From the NCBI GenBank assembly GCA_043228905.1, contig JBHGNT010000017.1:15438001-15502000 (forward strand): a stretch of 64,000 nt of DNA. The letters run 5' to 3'. The position numbers and the translations under genes were made by a program. The stretch comes from Azolla caroliniana. Lineage: Eukaryota; Plantae; Polypodiophyta. How positions within the stretch are numbered: the stretch's first letter is position 1; each line of letters begins with the position of its first letter. Shown piece after piece: positions 46,484-59,358 of this stretch. Below the pieces are notes generated by a model. It made no database searches. It was not told the DNA's origin and saw only the letters and a program-made list of their open reading frames with translations.

Positions 46484-49400
46484 TGTCAGTCCTAGGGCTT
46501 GTATAAAAGTGCTCATTGAGCACGTCATATGTACAGAGTGTTGATTATTTTGAATTAAGTATTGTTGTCTGCTCTCTTTGTCTCTCTCTCATATTGTGTA
46601 TCTACATTCTCTGTGTTTACCTAACTGTTATACTTTCGGATAACCGACTATGTACTTTGTGTCTTCCGCATACACTTCTGCGCATATTCTTTTACATGGT
46701 ATTAGAGCACAAGAGTTGAGAATCCTCTACATCTAACCGAAAAGCAAAGACTACACAAAGACATTCCTTCTTCTGGAACAACAAGAACATGGACATCTCA
46801 CTTCCGACAAAGAAGCTCACCAGAAGTGTAAAGAAAGGAGAGTGATTGTATGCAGCGGTAGGACTATGTGTGTGTGTATGAGCACTTATGAGAAACAGAG
46901 AGAGAGAGAGAGAGAGAGAGTCTTAAGATGAGAAAACTATGTATTACTTCCAACAGTAACAAAGTTACAATAGGTTGGTTTAAATACCAACTAAACTAGG
47001 GCAAGGGCCCTTTCTACTATTTACAAAACTAGCCTGGTATGTCCATGAGCTAGTGTGAAACCTATTTCTATGGGAAGTTGAGTTTGATTCTCAAGACGCC
47101 CCTTCGAACACAACTTCCGGATATCGAAAAATTGTTTCGGATCGGTCTTCAGAACGCTTCAAACTTCGATTGTTCGGCTTTTCGGTTGCGTACTCCTTGT
47201 TCGGCTTCGATCAATCAATCGGTTCATTGTTCTGTACTCCCCCTCAAGCTCGGCTGGTCGAGAATAGATAGGCCAAGGTTCGACGCGAACTCCCGCAGCT
47301 TGTTGATACCCAGGGCTTTCATGAAAATGTCAACTACCTATAGATTCGTGTTGATGTGGTGTAAGTCTATATCTCCGGCTTGCATGCATTCGTAGATGAA
47401 GCGGTAGTGCACTTTGACATGCTTAGTTTGTACGTGGAATACGGGGTTCCGCGCCAGATAGATACTGCTCATGTTGTCGTAGTATAGACGAATCAAATCA
47501 TTGATGGGTATGCCCAGATCCTTCAGTATACGCTTGAGCCATACGGCTTCGCACGCGGCGACCACCGTGCCCCTGTATTCGGCCTTCGTGCTCAACAGTG
47601 CGATTGTCGGTTGCTTGTTGCTACTCCATGAGATTGCTTTGCTACCGAGGGAGAAGACGAATCATGATGTTGACCGTCTATCCGCTTTATAACCTATCCA
47701 GTCCGCGTCTGTGTACCCTTCGAGTCAAATTATCGTATTTGACATGTATTTGATGTCGTAATCCATCGTACCACTGGCATACCGAAGTACCCTCTTTACG
47801 CAATCAAGATGAAGGTTTCACGGATTCTGCATGAATTGGCTAAGTAGGCCAACCGAATAGCTTAGGTCGGGTCGCGTAATGGTTAGGTAGATGAGGTTGC
47901 CGATCAATTGGCGATACTGAGTTGGCTCGCACTCGACTGTTCCAGAATCGATATCAAGCTTGAGATTACGGTCAAGCGGGGTGGACACAGGTTTGCACTC
48001 CATCATGCCAAACTTGTAGAGTAAGTTGAGGACGCAGTGTGGTTGTGAGATCATTATCCCGACTGGTGTCCAAATTACTTCGATGCCTAAGAAGTTATGG
48101 AGCTCGTGAAGGTCTTTCATTTCGAATCTACCGGAGAGAAGTGATTTGACCTTGTTAATCTCGGCAAGCTCCTTTCCTCTGCTGACCAAATCATCCACGT
48201 ATAGGACGATGAAGGTTAGGCTATCTTACTCGTTTTGGATGTATAGAGAATTATCAGATTTTGACATTCAAAATCTGATTTGATGAAGATATTGCGTGAT
48301 CTTCGAATGCCACACACGCGATGCTTGTTTGAGGTCATAGAGTGGCTTCTTGAGTCGGCACACGACATTAGGATGATGGCACGATTCAAAGTCGGGTGGT
48401 TGGATCATGTACACTTCCTCCTCTAGTTCCCATTGGAGGAAGGCGTTCTTCACGTCCATCTGATGGAGGTGCCACCCTATTGTTGCTCCAATTGCAAGCA
48501 CGGTTCGCACAATGGGGCACAGTTGTCATCTTTGCCGGCGGGTCAAAGGTCTCTTCGTAGTCAACTCCGTGCATTTGTGTGTATCCTTTTGCAACAAGCC
48601 ATGCTTTGAAGTGATTTATGGAGCCGTTGGCATTGTGTTTCACTTTGTAAATCCATCGGCAGCCAATCGCTTTCTTGTGCGAAATGTGAGGAATGAGATC
48701 CCATGTCTCGTTTTTGCATAGGGCTTGCATTTCTTCATTCATCACGTCGACCCATCGCAAATCCTTTACGACTTCGAAAAAGGTTTCCGGCTCCCGTATT
48801 GATGTTACCTTCATCATAAAGGCGTAATGATACGCCATGTAATTGTTGTAGCCGAATCAGCTTACGGGGTTCTTTTCACGAGTGGATCAGCGGAGCTTCT
48901 CGTTTGTGGATACTAAGGCTTTCATCGCTCCATTTGTCCAGATGTCAAGGGCTTCGAACTCACTATCGAGGGAGTGAGTCGATTCGTTGCCGTTGAAGTG
49001 ATCGTCTTCATACTCTGGCATTTTCGCCTTCCCTTTCTCCAGCTTCGGACTCGGTCGAGATGTGCTTTGATCACTCGGAGGTTCTTGTGGCCCATTTATT
49101 TGGGTCGTGATTGGACTTTCGTCGACCCTAAACCCTAAACCCTTGCCTCTATTTCGATGTATTCCGGGTCGAGTGGAGTCGGAGTCGAGGTTGTCTCTGG
49201 TGCGTACCAGGATGCGAACTCGTCGAAAACGACATCTCGACTTGTTTGAACTTTTCGGGTAGATGGATTGTAGCATTTGCACCCCTTTTGTTTGAGCGAG
49301 TACCCCACGAGGATACATTTCTCTGACTTCAGGTCGAGCTTTTGTTGCGTATCATCAAGAATATGCACATAAGTGATTGAGCCGAAAATACGAACATGTG

Positions 49401-51642
49401 ATAAGTCCGACTTCTTACCAAGAAACTTCTCGTGGGGGCTTGCATCGTGTACTCCCGAGGTTGTGCACCTTTTCATGAGGTATACGGTCGTGTTCATCGC
49501 GTCTGCCCAGTATTATTTCGGCAAGTTCTTCTTGTTCATCATTGCTGGTGCAACCTCTACTATGTGCTAGTTCTTCCGCATGGCTACGCCATTTTGCTGA
49601 GGTGTGTGATGACATGAAAATTCTCATCGAATTCCTTCATTTCGGAGATACGTCATAAACTCATCTGAGAAATATTCTTTGCCTCCATCTGATCGAAGGC
49701 AGAGTACGTGCCAACTTGTAGTTTTTTTGAATTCGGCTTTGAACCTCTGGAAGTGTCCGAACACTTCGCTTTTCTGTCTCATCGGGTAGATCCAGGTGTG
49801 CCTGGAGAAGTTGTCAATGAATGTGATGTAATATCGGCATCTGCCGAGTGTGGTTGTCTAGGCCGGTTCCCATACATCGGAATGTACAATATCCAGGATC
49901 CCTTTGCTCACATTCCGCTCTTTTGGGAATGGATGTTGGCATTGCTTTCCGAACTGGCACGGTTTTTGAATTGTACGAGTCGTAATCTCCTTTGCAGTAA
50001 AGTTCGGGAGTCTGATTACGACTCCTTTCGATTTCATGTTCTGAATCTTTTGGAGATTGATGTGACCAATTCTCTTGTGCCACAAGTTTAGGTCGGTTTT
50101 GACTTTGAGGCCCTTTGCAAACATGGTCGATTTTATCTCGTTTGATTCGAGGACAAACATACGGCCTTCACGACGGTCGTGAGCTACGACTTGATCACCT
50201 CTTTCGATAAAGCACCCATCATTGTTGAATCGTACTTGCATTCCTTGTTCGACAATCTAGCCAATCGAGACCAGGTTTTTTGTGATGGTAGGCACATGCA
50301 GTACGTTCCTGAGGTAGGTTTGTTTGTCGTCGTTTCCGAATGGGACGTTCCCGATATGTTGTATTGGATGAGTCATGTCATCGTCTGTCTCAACATATCC
50401 AAGATGTTTGGGTTTTCATAATTCCCGAAACCAATCTTCATGAGATGTCATGTGGCCGGATGCTCCCGAGTCAACAAACCATACATTCTCTGAGGGCGTG
50501 GTGCTTGTTTCACCTTGTGTCGCCATTGAGTGCACTTTGTGCCTCATCATGAACATTCCGCTACAATCGTCGTAGTCGGAATTCGATGCATAATTCGTGA
50601 ACATTCTGCTACGATTGTCGTAGTTGGAATTCGATGCGTAGTTCGTGAGTTGTCCGCTAGTTGAAGCCGACTCTCGCTTCTTCTTTCGGCACTCCTCTTC
50701 GTGATGACCCCCCCTTCTGCCAAACTCTCTGGGATTGTTCCTGTCCGCTTGCCATTGGTGGCAGTTATGCTCTTGGGTCTGCTGACCGTGACGGCCTTGT
50801 CCGAATTGACCTCTATTTCCATGACCGAAATTTCTTCCATCATCCAACTGGGAGTAGAGCATCTGACTCTCTAGTGCATTGCTCCTTTGTCGGGCCTGAT
50901 TTTCCTCGACCAACAATATTGACTGGAGATCAAAAAAGGTGGGAGGATTCTCTCTTGCGAGGACAACAGACCTTATTGCGTTGAATCGAGGTGCCAAGCC
51001 TCTGAGGCATATCTGCACCATTTCTTCATCGTCAATGCCAACATTGATCAACCCGAGGGCATCGCACAGATCCTTGATCTTCAAGGCGTAGCTGCCAATT
51101 GACATGTCCCTTTGTTGAATGCCATTCAACTCTTGACGAAGCTGGAGCTTGCGGGCAACCGTATTGGCTGTGAAGATCCTCTTGAGATTGCCCCACGCTT
51201 CTTTCGGCGTTTTCGTCTCTCGAATATAGCCAAGCGTGTGATCATGTACGCATGATGCAAGACAATACAACACACGGCTTGCGGCCTGCTCCCAAACAGG
51301 ATAGTCGGCGTGTGTTGGGTTGGGCTGCGTTTCATGAGCTCCTTCAATATAGCTCCAGTATCCTTGTCCGACAAGGTACTGATGCATCTTGTACTCCCAA
51401 GATGCGAAGTTTGTCCTGTCGAGCTTCTCCGTAGGAGAGCGTTTCCCATCTGAGTATTCATGATGATTTCTTCTCTGTTTCTTGAACCGGTTCTGTTGAT
51501 TGTCGGTATGTAGAACACCACAGTCAATTAGTGTTGATCAAAAAACCACAAGCTCTGATACCATGTAAAGAAAGGAGAGTGATTGTATGCAGCGGTAGGA
51601 CTCTATGTGTGTGTGTGTGTGTGTGTGTGTATGAGCACTTAT

Positions 51643-51710
<68 letters not shown>

Positions 51711-53110
51711 AGATGAGAAAACTAGTATTACTTCCAACAGTAACAAAGTTACAATAGGTTGGTTTAAATACCAACTAAACTAGGGCAAGGGCCCTTTCTA
51801 CTATTTACAAAATTGAGCTAGTGTGAAACCTCTTTCTATGGGAAGTTGAGTTCGATTCTCAACAAGAAGCAACTATGTATCTCGGTCATATAAGATGCAC
51901 TAGTATCTCCTCGGGACACGGATACTAGAGCTATGTCGAAGGAGCTAATGATGCAGCATCGGATGCGACACACAAGGACTTTTCGTCCTAGGAGCAGGTA
52001 ACAAGTAGAGTTATGTACTACTTCGTGTCCAATGTCAAAGAATAACCACCAAGCTACATCCAAGACGCCAAAACGCTAAAGGATGCTTGGGGAAATCTGA
52101 AGAAGATTTTCGCCGCAAGCACAACAACCAGAAAGCTATAGCTCAGACATGAGTTGAGAAATGTCTGACAAAAAGACATGACGATGGTTGATTACACCTC
52201 CAAGGTAAAGGAGATTTGCGACTGGCTCAGCTTCATCAACATGACGGTTGAAGAGGACAAGATGGTGCAAATTTGCCTTAGAGGTCTGGCGTAGAAGTTT
52301 GGATCATTCCGAACGACGATCTACACGAGCGAGAATACCTCGTCCTTCTTCGAGTTGTAGTCAATGCTTATTGTTGAAGAGAACCACATGGGTGCGTCGA
52401 CAAGCATGCACGCCGACAACAAGATGTTGTACACGGAGACTGATAGGCCCCGTGGTCATGGTGGATGAGGCAGGTCTGCATGTAGTGGAGGCGGCCAACA
52501 GGAGCAGAACCAAAGGCATAATAGAAATGCCGACAATAGTTCTAGACCCTCCACAAGCAGGGGGAGTCAAGGCAGTGTTAGAAGCCGACAAGGAAAGCCA
52601 ACGACAAATTGTTGGTATTGTAGCCGGAAGGGCCATAGAGAGAGTGAGCGTTGGAAGAAGCACGCCGATTCGGATAGAGTTGGATCGAGCCGGGGTGACG
52701 TAGATGTGCGTCAAAGATTGCACTACACTGAAGGCTTAGGTTAGGGCAAGCCGAAATGGGCCCAACCTTCGTAATGAAGCATAAAGCCAACTCGATGGTG
52801 ACGAGCACCTCGAAATCAAAGGAGGTGTGGTATGTGGACTCGGACGCATTGAATCACATGACGAACCATGAAGAAGGGTTCTCCTATCTCGAGAAGCTGG
52901 AGTAGCCGGTGGTCGTCGAAACCGACGACGATACTCCTCACCCTATCAAACATATCGGAGATGTCCCATTGAGCCATGTCGCCCAGAAAGGGATCATGAG
53001 GAGTGTCCTGCACGTCCAAACAATCACCAAAAGCTTGGTGTCGGTCGGATTTCATCGAAGAAGAAGGCAAGATCATTGCACAAAGGGCGTCGAGAAGGGA
53101 GGATCCTAAC
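46484..53110 (+). mobile_element. Truncated Ty1/copia (copia-3) interrupted by copia-2
   Basis: LTR end ...TTTACA at 46696, PBS TGGTATTAGAGC at 46697-46708. Gag begins at ~46789 and resumes after 51864. Protease WYVDS...NHMT lies near 52830 and the element breaks off near 53100. 5' limit uncertain. Confidence 0.8.
46827..51864 (-). mobile_element. Full-length Ty1/copia (copia-2), decayed
   Basis: LTRs at 46827-47096 and 51564-51864, TSD AGAAG on both sides, iMet PBS next to 51563, PPT next to 47097. Gag-pol fragments are homologous to copia-1. Confidence 0.96.
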
Positions 53111-53476
53111 CCCCCCCCCCCCACATGTGATGATGCGTTCAACTCACGATCTGACCTTTTCCATTGCAAAATTTAGCATTTATGTATCATTTCCCGGAGA
53201 GAGAGGGCCAAACCCAAAGCTAGGCTTTGAGATAAATATTAAAGCCAAAGCCAAAGCCAAAGCCAAGACTAGATAGAGCCCAAGGGTGTTGGGGCTGATT
53301 GCTTGGGCGATACGTCTGAGTCTCTGTCTCTCCATATATATATATATACGAAAGTGTGTTTGTGATTGTCCGCCAAGTGTGAAACCAAGCTGCATCTCTA
53401 GGTCTCCTGCTCCTTCTGCTCCTGCTCCATCTTCTGCTTCTGCTTCCTCAGGAATCTTCTCTGCTCGCTCCCAGCC

Positions 53477-55811
53477 ATGGCTACCAGTAAGTCTGTGCGC
53501 GTGTTTATTTGTATTTTCCCGTATTGATCCGTTAATTCTGTTCCTTATTGTTTCTGTTAACAATAATCCCTTCCTTCCTTCCTCTCTCTCTCTCTCTCTC
53601 TGTTGCTCGTTTTCCGTATTGCTCATTTCTTCTCTTTTTTTATTCTGCTTCCCCCCCCTATTTTTCCTGCTAACAATGATTCTTTCCGATTCTTTCTTTG
53701 TTTCTCCCCTTTCTGCCGATGCGTTTTCTTTTTCTTAGCCCTCACCTATTTTTTTGTCGTTTTTCCTTTATCTAGGAACTCAATTCGAGAATAGTAGCGA
53801 GGTCGGAGTGTTTTCGAAGCTTACAAATGCTTATTGCTTAACAGCCATTGGAGGATCGGAGAATTTTTTCAGGTATTCCTTTTATTTATGTATCATTTCC
53901 GACCTTTTCCATTGCAAATTTGGATTGACATGTTTGTTAGGTTGCATTGAAATCGTTTATTGTTTCTTTTGTTTCGAAGATTTGATTGCAAACCATCAAA
54001 TAACTTGATGCTCTTTTTGCTAGATTATTTTTCAATAATTTGGGACTTTGATATAAGGTTTTTCAGGCGATGACTACAATATTTTCTTCTGGATGCAATT
54101 TTTGGCAGATTAAATCAACTTATTTTCCACTTGCATATTAATATAACCACAGTTAGATGCAATCAGAATAATCTCTACTCAAATGTTTCATATAAACGTC
54201 GCTGTACTATGTTCAAACTTATGTCGAACTAGTTTCAATGAGATTCACCCAATAACATTTACATCCATTCGTGTAGTGCCAAAGTTTTCATACAAATTCA
54301 TCTGAATGCCAATGCAACCATTGGTATTGAAGGTGTTTTCTTCATTTGATTGTTGCTAAATTGTACTGAATTATTATATGAATAAATTTCAATGTAGTTT
54401 TCCATCTAATTGGAGCTGGAGAAACTTTAGAAACAACATTTGTTGTTTTGATGAAATCATTTGTATTTGCTACATTGCATCAATTTAATTTTTCTCCTCC
54501 AGTTTTTATGTGAATTTTTGGTAGGTCACATTGCATTTTTCTTTTGTATGGCATGTCACTGCATTAGCAATCTTTCCTAGATCACATCGACGTAAATTTG
54601 TTGCGCAAGAAGCTTTTCTAGATTACATTATAATCATATGCTGCAAATCTTTGCTATATGTTAATTGGATGTAAATTTTTCTAGGTTGCACATGTATATT
54701 GTATGCACCAGTATTGACATAAGCATTACTGGATCACATCTACTCATTATTTATATTATATGGCAGCACCTTTGAAGCTGAGCTATCAGATACCATACCA
54801 GTTGTGAAGGCATCTATTGCAGGAACAAGGGTGATTGGCAGAATGTGTGTAGGTATGTTTTGTTTTGTCTCAGTTCAGTTTTAGTACAAAAGTATGCGAT
54901 TCTTACAGATATTGTGTGTTTCAGGTAACAAAAATGGTCTTCTTCTGCCCAATTCAACTACAGATCAAGGTATGGTTTGGATGTCCTTTATGGTACAATT
55001 CATCATTAACTAAGTGAATAAAACTGTTCCTAATACTTGCCCACTAATTTTCAGAATTACAACACATCCGGAATTCACTACCAGATAGTGTAGTAGTTCA
55101 GAGAATTGATGAGCGTTTGTCAGCTCTTGGAAATTGTGTTTCTTGCAATGATTATGTGGCATTGGTTCACACTGATCTTGATCGGGTAAGTACACTCCAT
55201 CTAATATCATCTTAAGTATGAATAATATGAGTAATGGATGGAAGATCTCAAAATTTGATCAACCTGGTTGTCTATAGGAAACAGAAGAATTGATAGCAGA
55301 TGTACTAAATGTGGAAGTCTTTAGACAAACAATTGCTGGCAACATTTTGGTGGGCAGCTATTGTGTTTTCTCCAATAGAGGGGGTTTGGTATGTGCTAAA
55401 ATTTATTGTCTAAGTCTTGTCTTTATGTTTGTGTTTTTCTCACATCTTTCAAATGGCACTGATTGAGGTCTATTTTCTAACGTAAGTATCAGAGAGCCTT
55501 ACTTTAGTGTTTTGTGTAATTTCTTGGCACCATTTGGGTGTTATTCAAATTAGGTTCATCCGCATACATCTGTGGAGGATTTGGATGAGTTATCTTCGTT
55601 GCTACAAGTTCCTTTGGTTGCTGGAACCGTAAACAGGGGTAGCGAAGTCATTGGAGCCGGATTGGTTGTGAATGATTGGACTGCATTCTGTGGATTTGAT
55701 ACGACTGCCACTGAACTCTCTGTCATTGAGAGCGTATTCAAATTGAGGGAAGCTCAACCTAGCTCTATTCTTAATGAGATGCGAGCCTCGTTGATCGATA
55801 CCTTAGTTTGA
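53477..55811 (+). CDS. eIF6: Eukaryotic translation initiation factor 6 (245 aa)
   Basis: Exons 53477-53486, 53776-53872, 54767-54852, 54925-54969, 55055-55185, 55278-55388 and 55554-55811 total 738 nt. Sequence [25 protein letters not shown]...[30 protein letters not shown]. Confidence 0.97.
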
Positions 55812-56915
55812 TAAGAACAAGAATTTATATGTTAAAAACAGAAGCTTTCCTCCTGTAAGGGCATAAATTTTTTTAACCCGTTCCGTGATGGCTACTGTGG
55901 TTTGGGTAAAGAGATTTGCCTTTGCAAAGTGCATTCTGTAATGTAGATTTTGCATTGGTAAGATAAAGTGGTGAACCTGCTTTTAAAGTTTTAAAATTGA
56001 TGTTCTATTTTTTTATACGGAACGTCAGCGACCATTAGTATCCTCCGCCATCGGCATTCTGAACTTGGTGTAATTTTGATTATCTCCTCCTCAATAAAAT
56101 TCAAGGAAATTATTAACTTGCATATTTATGTTAATCATCTAGCAATATGTACCTTTCTTTCTGAAAAAGAATCTGCTGCTTGATTGCTTAAATTGTTAAG
56201 AGAAAGAATCATGGTAAGTTCAAGAAGTTCAAGAAGAATCATCTCCATCCAAATAATATCAGAAGACATTATTAATGCTTTGCTCCTTATCATGCAAGCA
56301 AACATGGAGACTAAATTGTGTTAAGATTCGGTCTCCAAGTTTCTACTCTATAGGGAAGATTTAGTATGACGAGTGTATCAACTAACCGCAATTTAGTTCA
56401 TGGCATGTGGAATTGTATATGTGCACATTATCTTTCAAGAGCACCAACATGAGGAAGTAAAGCATAGGCAGCCTTTGGCGAGGAGAATTAAGCCCCTATG
56501 ACTGTTACTGCTATATATGCATAGGATCGTGCGTAAGCCACCTTCTGCTTTCTAGACATAGAGAAATGTTTTACTATCATCTTTGGAGATCAAATATGAC
56601 CCATGAGACCAAAAATATTACATTTCATGTGATACATGTGAAAGTGAGTAGCAACTCTCAATGTTCAAGAAATTTACCAATGAATGTTGCAATCAAGAGT
56701 GCGCATTGTGGTTGTGAGAAATTCGTGCAAGGATTGGGCATGGTCGAAGATATGTGGAAAGCATGGTTGAATATGATTAAAGGCAAAGCATTGAATCAAA
56801 GTCTGCTACTCTCGACTCTCAAACTTGTTTAGGGCAAAATGTGCATATTCAACCACTCTCATCACTTGTGCCCCAAGGCCTCGTCTCACATCGTAATGCA
56901 TGTGAGCGAAGTCGC

Positions 56916-56970
<55 letters not shown>

Positions 56971-58695
56971 TCTTGATGTTCAAGAACTTTACATAATGAA
57001 TGTTGCAATTGAGAGAGCACACTATGATTATAGAGATTCGTGTGATTATTGGGTTTGGTTGAAGATGTGTGAAATCATAGTCAAATGTGATCAAAGACAG
57101 AGCATTCTATCCAAATATGATACTCAAACTCCTCAATTTTTTTAGGCAAAATGTGCATAGTCAACTAGTCTCATCACATGTGCTCCAATGTTCCATCTCA
57201 CAATGATGTGAGTGTGAACTAAGTCGTATCGAAGCAACAGTTTGGGTAGCAACTGATGGGATAGGCTCGAACATGTATTGATACATGTAGTTTCCATGTT
57301 CGAGAAACAATATGATTTTGTCATTAGGTGCAACATATGCGATATAACGTGTAGAGTGTCAGCATCCGCGTTTTTCCCATGTCACGATACATTGGCATTG
57401 CAAAAAAATGCATATCATGAAGCAAGTGTGTTGCATCCCATTCTCCAAACCATTTTTCTATATCTTGCATCCAACCAGAACACAAAAATTTGCTTTTGTT
57501 TCTTTTGCCTGTGATGTGCATTTTGGCCTCATTTACAAAGTGATCTAATGATGCATCATGAAGCATATGTGATAAATCCCATTTTTCAAACCATTTCTTC
57601 ATTTCTTGCAATCCTAGGAAATCAATGTGCGGGGAGTTTTGGTGCCTTAACCATGTACTTAACAAACCTTTCTATGGCTACGATCTCCATGGGAAATAAC
57701 AACAAAAGGATATACATTAAGAGAGAGAGATAGATAACTACAAACAAAGAAGAAGAAGAAGAATTTTCTGTAGATGAAAAAAAAAACCAAAGAGATATAC
57801 TACATGCAGTAATGGCCATAGGATCTATTGAGAGTGGATAATTTCTTTAGAAAGAGTGTTTACTAGGGTCAATCATGGTCAACGAAGAGCAAATGATGCC
57901 ATTAGCAATTGTATATCTAAATTTTGGGAAGACAAACCACACCAAAAGTTGTCAATATAGAGGTTCATCACCAAAAATAATTTGTTTTTACTAAACATCT
58001 ACATTGCAAATGAAGAAAATCTACCTATGAAAGTGGAGCTAGCTACAAAAGTACCTCTAAATGACGAGACTTAACATTGCTAAATAGGATTACAGGATAA
58101 CAATCTACCTACAAAAGATATAAATGAAAGGATTCCATAAATGAAGGCTCTCTATAAAAGAACTTGTTTACATGAAGCAACTTTTGTATTAAGAGATTCC
58201 TAGATACAAAGCAATTCCTAACTATAAAGAAGATTACGTACAACTGTAGAGACAGTTCCCAAGGAAGCAATTCCTGGTTATTCTTGCTTGACTCGCCATT
58301 AATAAGGTATATGACTATTCAAACCCCTTTGGATTACAACACATGTGTGGAGGCAAAACTCTAGTGGTACAAAGACATCCAGAACCTTGAGCTGACACAT
58401 CTTTTTACATTGCTCTCATGGAGTTCTATGATAATCGCTTAAAGCCATGATTGAGTTTTTCGTAAGTTCCTGAGGCAAACTTTGCCTAATTGGTAAAAGG
58501 AAGCAAGGAATTAAGAAGGATAATAACGTGGTTGTCATAACAAGAGAAAGGAGAGGGTAAACTGAATGTATAAGGAGGAGGTTTGCGACTTCTAAAGTGC
58601 GATTTTGTTGTTTGTTATTTGCATTTAATATACTTTGATAAAATCCTAGTCGCCTTACTCTCTTTATATTATCACTCACGAATCCGAACTAAAGC

Positions 58696-59194
58696 GTAAC
58701 AATCGGCAATGGTTCAGTTCCGAACCGAACCAAACCGCAAATCCATGGCTTAACGGTTTGAACGGTTCAATTTAAGTTCAAGTTTTTTTTAACGGTTCAA
58801 TTTTAATGGTTTTAAACCGCGGTTTAAACGGTTTGATGGTTTTTAAAATTTTTTTAAAATAAAAAATTTTAAATTGTTTTTATTTTGTAAGCCTAATTCT
58901 CACATTCTAGGAGAAACCTTTAAAATTTCGGGAAATTAAAATTTGAAATAATAAAAAATTTAAAAATTTAAAAATTGAATTCCAACTTAAGTTGAAAACC
59001 AAAACCGAACCACGAAACCGGGGGTTTGGCGGTTTAAAGGTTTAACAGTTTGGATTATAATTACCAAACGGTTTCGTGGTTCTGTCCGGTTCGGTTCAGG
59101 TTTCAAGATTTTTAAACGGTTCGGTTCCAAACCGGTTCAGGTTTGGGCACTCTCGAACCGAACTGAACCGAACCGAACCGTTGCCGATTGTTAC
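58696..59194. mobile_element. ~500-bp MITE with ~20-bp TIRs
   Basis: GTAACAATCGGCAATGGTTC versus GAACCGTTGCCGATTGTTAC, with an AACCG-rich interior. Confidence 0.75.
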
Positions 59195-59358
59195 TGGCGA
59201 AGTGATGAATAGGTGAAGCAGAGAATAAGAGAGATGGAGAAAAATATGAAGGGTTTGTGTGTGTGGGGGGGGAGAGGGGTATTTCCTGATAAATAAGGAA
59301 AGCTGAGGGAGGGGCATTTCCATAATTATTAATTTTCTGCCCTTTTGCTGTTACTTTC

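Noticed and set aside
53180-53738. 148-150 aa ORFs at the eIF6 5' end
   Set aside because: They overlap the eIF6 promoter, 5' UTR and first intron, and have low-complexity composition.
56560-57700. Locally duplicated segments with faint PPR/DYW-like flavour
   Set aside because: The duplication is visible (about 56680-56900 versus 57000-57200) but no diagnostic motif could be read.
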